Shown in pieces: positions 15,985-22,206 of a stretch of 29,234 bases of DNA. The stretch is from positions 1 to 29,234 of IMG/VR virus record IMGVR_UViG_3300028284_000023; one strand, written 5' to 3'. The stretch comes from a virus. The translations under genes and the position numbers were made by a program. The notes beneath the pieces are model-generated. The model had not been told where the DNA came from, did not search any database, and saw only the letters and a list, made by a program, of their open reading frames with translations. The number at the start of each line of letters is the position of its first letter. The first letter of the stretch is position 1.

Positions 15985-16551
15985 ATGGAATTAGTAAAAA
16001 TAAGTAAAGTAAAACCAAACGAGAATAACCCTCGTTTTATTAAAGACTACAAATTTAAGAAACTGGTAAATTCAATTAAAGAGTTCCCAGAAATGTTAAA
16101 GCTACGACCGATTGTAGTTAACGCTGATATGGTTGTACTAGGTGGGAATATGCGACTTAGAGCTTGTAAAGATGCTGGACTAAGAGAAGTTTGGGTACTG
16201 AAAGCAGACGAACTAACAGAAGCACAACAAAGAGAATTCATAGTAAAAGATAATATAGGATTTGGAGAGTGGGATTGGGATATACTGGCTAATGAGTGGA
16301 ATAATGTACAAATGGAAGAATGGGGTTTAGACGTTTGGACACCAGAAGAAGATGTAGATTATTCGATATTAGATGATGATGATTTATCAGTTGATTTAGA
16401 AGATATGAAGAGTGGTGTAAAAAAAGCTATACAAATCCCTTTTGAATTAGAACATTATGAACAGGCTTTTGAGTTAGTTAAATATTGGAGAGAAAAAGGA
16501 GCTTATGTAGGTATGATGCTTATTGAAAAATTAAAACAGGAAAAAAAATGA
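15985..16551 (+). CDS. ParB-like nuclease (ParB/Srx N-terminal) domain protein
   Basis: KPNENNPRFI...LRPIVVNADMVVLGGNMRLRACKDAG is the ParB N-terminal box. The C-terminal half is acidic. Confidence 0.65.
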   Translation: MELVKISKVKPNENNPRFIKDYKFKKLVNSIKEFPEMLKLRPIVVNADMVVLGGNMRLRACKDAGLREVWVLKADELTEAQQREFIVKDNIGFGEWDWDILANEWNNVQMEEWGLDVWTPEEDVDYSILDDDDLSVDLEDMKSGVKKAIQIPFELEHYEQAFELVKYWREKGAYVGMMLIEKLKQEKK

Positions 16552-17327
16552 AACACATCGAACTTAAACAAATAGAGCATAACACAAAAATTGGAGATGT
16601 ATGCGGACATATTGAGCCTAATATTACAGAAGATACATTATTTTTGCACAACGGAGAACCAATTGGGTTTTATATAAAAGATATATCTAAATATTCACAA
16701 AAAGCGTCTAAATTAGCAGCTCTTGCGAACCAAGAGTTAAGAAGTAAAAAAGTACCTAAAAGCGTAATGAAAAGGTCAAGCGGTTTTACTAATTCAGAAA
16801 ATGAAGTATTACAGTATAGCACAATTATTGGAAGTGTACCACCAAAACCTCATATGCGAAGACCATACCCTACTATAAGTAGTGTGCATAATGTTGATAG
16901 TGCAAAAACTTTTATTAAATGTATGATGTTATTATGTAAAGAGAGTGAAGAAATAATAAAAAAACTAACGCCGAATATATACGAAAACCAAAAAAAACTT
17001 ATAGAAGAAAATGTACCTAAAAAATGGCGTTTCGGTAAATTATTTACGAGTAGTATCTCAAACTATAATATACCTGCACCGTTTCATAGGGATAATGGTA
17101 ATATAAAAGGTTGTGTTAATGTTATTATAGCTAAAAAGAATAATGCCACAGGGGGTAATACTACTGTACCAGATTATGATGCAACTATGGATAGTTGTGA
17201 TAATTCAATGTTAGTTTACCCAGCTTGGCGTAATGTTCACGGAGTTACACCTATTGTACCAACAAATAAAGATGGATATAGAAATAGTTTAGTATTTTAT
17301 CCACTAAAAGCATTTAAAGGATTATGA
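16548..17327 (+). CDS. Putative TET/JBP-family 2OG/Fe(II) dioxygenase (nucleic-acid base hydroxylase)
   Basis: H180-R-D182 (FHRDNGN), distal H231 (VHGVTP) and R245 (YRNSLVFYPLK). The last two strands closely parallel the animal TET pattern H-x-T-T-P ... T-R-I-S-L-V-F-Y-Q-H-K as I recall it. Confidence 0.45.
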   Translation: MKHIELKQIEHNTKIGDVCGHIEPNITEDTLFLHNGEPIGFYIKDISKYSQKASKLAALANQELRSKKVPKSVMKRSSGFTNSENEVLQYSTIIGSVPPKPHMRRPYPTISSVHNVDSAKTFIKCMMLLCKESEEIIKKLTPNIYENQKKLIEENVPKKWRFGKLFTSSISNYNIPAPFHRDNGNIKGCVNVIIAKKNNATGGNTTVPDYDATMDSCDNSMLVYPAWRNVHGVTPIVPTNKDGYRNSLVFYPLKAFKGL

Positions 17328-17680
17328 ACAAAACCGAACAGCATAAAAAAGCGATTATAGAAGCCCTAGAAATGTCTTTAGGTGTTGTTACGACAGCCTG
17401 TAAAAAAGTTGGTGTAGGCAGAACTACATTTTACGGTTGGTTGAAAGATGATGATATATTTGCACAAGAAGTAGAGGATATACAAAATATAGCACTGGAT
17501 TTTGTTGAGAGTAAATTGTTTGAAAACATAAAGCAAGGTAAAACTGCTGAAATGATTTTTTATCTAAAAAGTAAAGGCAAGAAACGAGGTTATGTAGAAA
17601 GGCAAGAAATAACAGGAGCTGATGGAATGCCTACTAATTTTCAAATTGAAATAATTGACAATATCAAAGATAAAGACTAA
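17324..17680 (+). CDS. terS: Terminase small subunit (HTH)
   Basis: 118 aa with the HTH ACKKVGVGRTTFYGWLK, immediately upstream of and overlapping TerL. Confidence 0.55.
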   Translation: MNKTEQHKKAIIEALEMSLGVVTTACKKVGVGRTTFYGWLKDDDIFAQEVEDIQNIALDFVESKLFENIKQGKTAEMIFYLKSKGKKRGYVERQEITGADGMPTNFQIEIIDNIKDKD

Positions 17681-18818
17681 TATTGTTTATAGACACTTAT
17701 TAAAGAGCCGAAACAAAATAATAGTTGAGCAAGGTGGAACGAGGTCTGGAAAGACTTTTAATATATTGCTTTACATTATATTTGAATATTGCTTAAAGAA
17801 TAATAACAAGACTATAACAATAGCTCGTAAAACGTTCCCCAGCGTTAGAGCGACTGTAATGCGTGACTTCATAGATATATTAAAACAGTATGGTCTATAT
17901 AGAGAGGAACACCACAATAAGTCATCAAGTGAATACAAGCTAAACAACAACCTTGTTGAATTTATAAGCGTTGACCAGCCACAAAAGATAAGAGGGCGTA
18001 AAAGGGATATTCTTTTTATTAACGAAGCGAATGAGTTAGATTTTGAGGATTGGCAACAATTAGTGTTTAGAACCACAGAAAAAATAATAATCGATTACAA
18101 TCCCTCTGATGAATACCATTGGATATATGACAAGGTATTAAATAGAGATGATGTAGATTTTTACAAAACAACTTATTTAGATAATCCTTTTTTAGATAAA
18201 TCCATAATAAAAGAAATAGAACGACTAAAACAAACAGACGAACAGTATTGGCAAATTTACGGTCTAGGGGAAAAAGGTATAAGTAAAGCGACTATATTTA
18301 ACTATTATGAAGTCCCACATATACCACACGATGCAGAGCTTGTTAGTTATGGTGCAGATGCTGGATATACGAATGACCCAAGCACATTGGTTAGTGTTTA
18401 CAAGAAAGACCATAACCTATACATCAAAGAACATCTATATAGGACAATGATGACTACAAAAGATTTAAGCGACCATTTCAAAAGAGAAAGTGTTGGACGT
18501 AATACAATATATTTTGATGCAGCAGAACCACGATTAATAGACGAGCTTAGACGAATGGGTCATAACATACAACCATCATTAAAAGGTAGAGATAGTGTAA
18601 ACGCTGGTATTGATTTGTTAAAGCGTTTTAAAATACATTTAGTTACTTCGGATGATAACCTTATAATGGAGTTCAGAAATTATAAATGGGTTACTGATAA
18701 ATCTGGGAAGCTAACAAACACGCCAGTTGATAAAAATAATCATTTAATAGATGCTGTTCGTTATGCAACTTACTCAATAATGAGCAGACCAAACTTCGGT
18801 AAATATGCAGTGTCTTAA
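17655..18818 (+). CDS. terL: Terminase large subunit (PBSX/Terminase_3-like)
   Basis: Walker A GGTRSGKTF. Its length and the C-terminal nuclease-like region (DKNNHLIDAVRYA) fit TerL. The codon at 17655 is TTG and there is no upstream in-frame ATG, so the exact start is uncertain. Confidence 0.85.
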   Translation: MTISKIKTNIVYRHLLKSRNKIIVEQGGTRSGKTFNILLYIIFEYCLKNNNKTITIARKTFPSVRATVMRDFIDILKQYGLYREEHHNKSSSEYKLNNNLVEFISVDQPQKIRGRKRDILFINEANELDFEDWQQLVFRTTEKIIIDYNPSDEYHWIYDKVLNRDDVDFYKTTYLDNPFLDKSIIKEIERLKQTDEQYWQIYGLGEKGISKATIFNYYEVPHIPHDAELVSYGADAGYTNDPSTLVSVYKKDHNLYIKEHLYRTMMTTKDLSDHFKRESVGRNTIYFDAAEPRLIDELRRMGHNIQPSLKGRDSVNAGIDLLKRFKIHLVTSDDNLIMEFRNYKWVTDKSGKLTNTPVDKNNHLIDAVRYATYSIMSRPNFGKYAVS

Positions 18819-18857
18819 TCTGTTGGAAAAAAAATCAAAAAAAAAGTTAATAAAATG

Positions 18858-18887
18858 TTTGTTAATACAAAAAAATTCTTATCTTTG
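18858..18887 (+). promoter_or_regulatory. Bacteroidota-type promoter (TTTG, 18-nt gap, TATCTTTG)
   Basis: TTTG at 18858-18861 and TAnnTTTG at 18880-18887. The -7 box ends 23 nt before ATG 18911. Confidence 0.55.
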
Positions 18888-18910
18888 CTTTAAACAAAAA
18901 TAAATATATT

Positions 18911-19276
18911 ATGACAATTAAAAGACAAATTTTAGAGTTTATCAGTGAAGAGTTAGAACTTGATGTTAACAGAGATGAGGTTAATGAGCTTGAAGACTTA
19001 TTAAATTCAGAAAATGATTTCCATATAGAAATTGATGGGAATGAGTATAGAATAATTAACTCTGATTGTATATGGGATATATATGTAGAAACAATAAAGG
19101 AGATAACAGAGGATTGTTACGATGTTAAAGCACCTAGTTGGTTAGCTATTGATTGGGAGCAAACTGCAGAGAATTGTTCTGTGGACGGCTATGGACATAC
19201 ATTTAGTTCTTATGACGGTAGTGAGTTGGAGTGTGAGTTTGGGGAAGAGGATTATTATATATTTAGAACTAACTAA
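18911..19276 (+). CDS. Highly acidic small protein; candidate anti-restriction / DNA-mimic protein (ArdA-like flavour)
   Basis: 121 aa with roughly 33 D/E against 7 K/R by hand count. It has its own promoter and terminator. A segment RIINSDCIWDIY...WLAIDWEQ vaguely recalls the ArdA C-terminal region from memory. Confidence 0.3.
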   Translation: MTIKRQILEFISEELELDVNRDEVNELEDLLNSENDFHIEIDGNEYRIINSDCIWDIYVETIKEITEDCYDVKAPSWLAIDWEQTAENCSVDGYGHTFSSYDGSELECEFGEEDYYIFRTN

Positions 19277-19297
19277 TAAAATAAACCATCAATATAG

Positions 19298-19324
19298 CCC
19301 TTACAGAAATGTAGGGGTTTTTTT
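19298..19324 (+). terminator. Rho-independent terminator
   Basis: 8-bp stem cccttaca/tgtagggg (one G-U pair), GAAA tetraloop, then T7. Confidence 0.8.
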
Positions 19325-19357
19325 GTATCTTATAGTTACTAAAATAAATTAAAAAAG

Positions 19358-19370
19358 TTTATATATTAAT
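19358..19370 (+). promoter_or_regulatory. Conserved ATG-abutting motif TTTATATATTAAT (copy 3 of 5)
   Basis: Identical to 1697-1709 and ends exactly at ATG 19371. Confidence 0.5.
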
Positions 19371-20015
19371 ATGGAAGTAAAGTTAAGCATACCAACAACG
19401 TTAAATGAAATAACTCTAGGACAGTATCAGGAGTTTTCAAAATTAGATATTACAAAGGAATCAGAGGTGCAATCTAAAATGATTGAGATATTCTGTAAAG
19501 TGCCTGTTGAGGTTGTACGTTCAATGAAAGCAAAAGATATAACAGATATTTGTGTTATCATCAATAATATGTTTGACGTAGAACACCAGCTTATAAATAG
19601 GTTTCAAATGAATGGTAAAGACTACGGTTTTATTCCAGACTTGGAAAATATGAGTTTTGGTGAGTATGTGGACTTAGATACCTTTATGGGTGATAACGAT
19701 AACTTGCATAGGGCTATGAATGTTTTATACAGACCTATTGACTTAAAGAAAAACACAAGGTACACTTTAAAAGAATACGACCCAGACACAAACGAAGAAG
19801 CTAAGAACTATCCTTTAGATGCGTGTTTCGGTGCAATGGTTTTTTTTTACGATTTAGGGAAAGACTTATCGACAGTTATCCTGAACTCTTCGAGCAAACA
19901 GAACGAGGAGAGCTTAGTGCAATTTCTGGCTTCACAACCAAATGGGGATGGTACAATTCAATCTATGCAATCGCTAACGGAGATATTACAAGGTTTGAAG
20001 ATATCACTAAACTAA
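19371..20015 (+). CDS. Tail assembly chaperone, short (G-like) product
   Basis: 214 aa. It contains the T9 slippery tract, and a -1 frame ORF overlaps its 3' third. Confidence 0.5.
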   Translation: MEVKLSIPTTLNEITLGQYQEFSKLDITKESEVQSKMIEIFCKVPVEVVRSMKAKDITDICVIINNMFDVEHQLINRFQMNGKDYGFIPDLENMSFGEYVDLDTFMGDNDNLHRAMNVLYRPIDLKKNTRYTLKEYDPDTNEEAKNYPLDACFGAMVFFYDLGKDLSTVILNSSSKQNEESLVQFLASQPNGDGTIQSMQSLTEILQGLKISLN

Positions 20016-20101
20016 ATGTCCACGAGTGTTTGACATACTTAACATACACAAAAGAAAAAAACGAAATAGAAGCAAGGAATATTAAAAGCAAATTCAAATG
20101 A
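19371..20101 (+). CDS. Tail assembly chaperone, long (GT-like) product made by a -1 frameshift at 19841-19847 (about 243 aa)
   Basis: The -1 frame stays open from the slip site to TGA 20099-20101. That stop forms an ATGA overlap with the next gene (20098), which argues the -1 frame is really translated. Confidence 0.45.
19840..19848 (+). promoter_or_regulatory. -1 programmed ribosomal frameshift site (T9; U UUU UUU in frame 0)
   Basis: Frame-0 codons are gtt ttt ttt tac. Slipping back one base gives ttt ttt tta cga, which continues into the 19823-20101 frame. Confidence 0.5.
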
Positions 20102-20568
20102 GCCAAACAGGAATAAGGGGTTACTACTTATTGACCCAAACTATTAAAGACGCTTTACTAGGCGATATAAATGTTAATACCGTTACAGAGGGTGATTTGT
20201 TTGATGTTGATTTGTCTAAGCAAACTATATTTCCTTTATCGCATTTAATAGTTAATACTGTCACAGCACAAGAGAGCGTTTTAAGGTTTAACATTTCTAT
20301 CCTTGCAATGGATATAGTGGACGAAAGCAAAGAACCAACTTCAGATATATTTATAGGAAACAATAATGAGCAAGACGTTTTAAATACACAACTAGCAGTT
20401 TTAAATAAGTTAGTGCAAGTTTTAAGACGTGGCGATTTATACAACGACAAATATCAATTAGATGGTGACGCAAGTCTTGAGCCGTTTGTGGATAGGTTTG
20501 AAAACAAAGTAGCTGGTTGGACTGCAACGTTTGACGTGTTCGTAAATAACGACATCGAAATATGTTAG
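20098..20568 (+). CDS. Putative neck / tail-completion protein
   Basis: 156 aa in the head-tail joining position. The function comes from position only. Confidence 0.3.
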   Translation: MSQTGIRGYYLLTQTIKDALLGDINVNTVTEGDLFDVDLSKQTIFPLSHLIVNTVTAQESVLRFNISILAMDIVDESKEPTSDIFIGNNNEQDVLNTQLAVLNKLVQVLRRGDLYNDKYQLDGDASLEPFVDRFENKVAGWTATFDVFVNNDIEIC

Positions 20569-21092
20569 CAGATAAAGCCCTACAAGAAGAATTAAACAAG
20601 TTCGCTAAGTACGTTATACAACAGAGCCGAAGCAATCTATCTAAAAGCGATAAGAACGACACTAAGGGACTTTATAACAGTTTAGGTTATAATGTAGAGC
20701 TAACAACAAAAGGAGCTGAACTAGGCTTTAGTATGGAGCAGTACGGAGAGTTTCAAGACAAAGGAGTTCGTGGTAAATCTTCAAGTGCAAAAGCACCAAA
20801 TAGTCCGTTTAGGTTTGGGACTGGTACTGGAAGGAAGGGCGGTTTAACTGAAGCGATGGAAGGCTATGTTAAAAGACGTAAAATACAATTCAGGGATAAA
20901 AAGACAGGGCGGTTTTTAAGCTACCAAAGTACAGCTTATTTAATTGCTAGGAGTATATACCAAAAAGGAATTAAACCTAGTTTGTTTTTTACTAAGCCAT
21001 TTGTAGCTGCATTTAAAAGGCTTCCAGATGAATTAATAAAAGCCTATTCAATAGGACTAGAAAAAGATTTAATAAAATTAACAGAACGATAA
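20562..21092 (+). CDS. HK97-gp10-like head-tail joining / virion morphogenesis protein
   Basis: 176 aa. The C-terminal ...IYQKGIKPSLFFTKPF resembles the G-x-x-P-x-P-F-(L/F) ending of the gp10 family. Confidence 0.4.
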   Translation: MLADKALQEELNKFAKYVIQQSRSNLSKSDKNDTKGLYNSLGYNVELTTKGAELGFSMEQYGEFQDKGVRGKSSSAKAPNSPFRFGTGTGRKGGLTEAMEGYVKRRKIQFRDKKTGRFLSYQSTAYLIARSIYQKGIKPSLFFTKPFVAAFKRLPDELIKAYSIGLEKDLIKLTER

Positions 21093-21093
21093 A

Positions 21094-22206
21094 ATGGCAA
21101 AAATTAACGTAAGAAGTCCATACTATGTATATTCTAATTTAAACAATTTAGAAAGTGCAACTTTAAGTCTTTGGATATATACAGGAGCGCAAGGCTCAAG
21201 ACCAGTAACCCCAACGTATGTATTAAGCGCATCAGCGGTAAACTTTACTGTAAATTTTGAAATAGCAGAACTTGTGAGAGATTATATGACTTACAATGCT
21301 GAAGATTATGAAACAGAAATTTTGTGGGTTGATTATCGTATATCTAAAGTAGTAAGTGGTAACGGTATTGTAATGCCTATCGTTGAAAACAAAGCGTTTT
21401 ACGGTTACGGATATTTTCAAGATGGTGTTAATCCTCAAAACGATAGTGGACTATTACAGTCTAATTTAACAATAGTAAAGCTAGACGATGCTCCTATCTA
21501 TTTGCCTGTTGATACTAGCAAAGTATCTAACGTTTATTTTTACTCAAATGGTCAGCAACTATATGAAAAAAACTTTAGTGTAACAACTGGGTCATCAACT
21601 CAAATACAATATGTAACCAATACAATAAACCCAGCAGATGAATTTGAAGAAAGGGTTTTAAATGATGGTGGAACTTTTGAAGGTAATCTATGCTTAAACC
21701 AGTTCTTAGATAGTACGGCTTTATTTCCTGTTGATACTATATACATAAACTCAATAGACGGAAGCGTTGATTTAATCAAAGTAGATAATATTGAAGAATG
21801 CAAATACCAGCCTTACAAATTAAGTTTTATAAACAAGTTTGGAGCATTGCAAAATATATGGTTTTTTAAACGAAGCAATAAACAACTATCAACTAAAGCA
21901 GAAGATTTCAAAAGGAATACACTTGTATCAAATAGCTATGCAGTAGATAAGCATCAGACAAAAAACCTATATAAAATGGGTACTGAAAAAATGGACTTAA
22001 ATACAGGGTTTTATCCAGAAGCATACAACGAAGTATTCAGGCAAATGCAGTTGAGTGAGGATTGTTGGATTGAAATAGATGGGAATGTTTTACCAGTAAA
22101 TGTAACAGATTCTAGCTTCAGTTATAAAACTAGTCTTAACGACAAGCTAATTAACTACACAATAAAAATAGACTTTGCTTTTGATACTATAAACAATATT
22201 CGATAA
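21094..22206 (+). CDS. Tail / baseplate structural protein
   Basis: 370 aa immediately upstream of the 881-aa tail protein. No specific family recognised. Confidence 0.4.
   Translation: MAKINVRSPYYVYSNLNNLESATLSLWIYTGAQGSRPVTPTYVLSASAVNFTVNFEIAELVRDYMTYNAEDYETEILWVDYRISKVVSGNGIVMPIVENKAFYGYGYFQDGVNPQNDSGLLQSNLTIVKLDDAPIYLPVDTSKVSNVYFYSNGQQLYEKNFSVTTGSSTQIQYVTNTINPADEFEERVLNDGGTFEGNLCLNQFLDSTALFPVDTIYINSIDGSVDLIKVDNIEECKYQPYKLSFINKFGALQNIWFFKRSNKQLSTKAEDFKRNTLVSNSYAVDKHQTKNLYKMGTEKMDLNTGFYPEAYNEVFRQMQLSEDCWIEIDGNVLPVNVTDSSFSYKTSLNDKLINYTIKIDFAFDTINNIR

Noticed and set aside
19149-19352. 67-aa + strand ORF overlapping the end of the acidic gene and running through its terminator.
   Set aside because: It overlaps a better ORF out of frame and reads straight through the 19298-19324 hairpin and T-tract. 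It has no coupling or start context.
19823-20101. Treating the 92-aa ORF as an independent gene starting at GTG 19823.
   Set aside because: It would begin inside the chaperone gene with a non-ATG codon, just 17 nt upstream of a perfect slippery T9 tract. The frameshift-extension reading is more parsimonious. A homopolymer length error remains the alternative and is listed under the frameshift finding.
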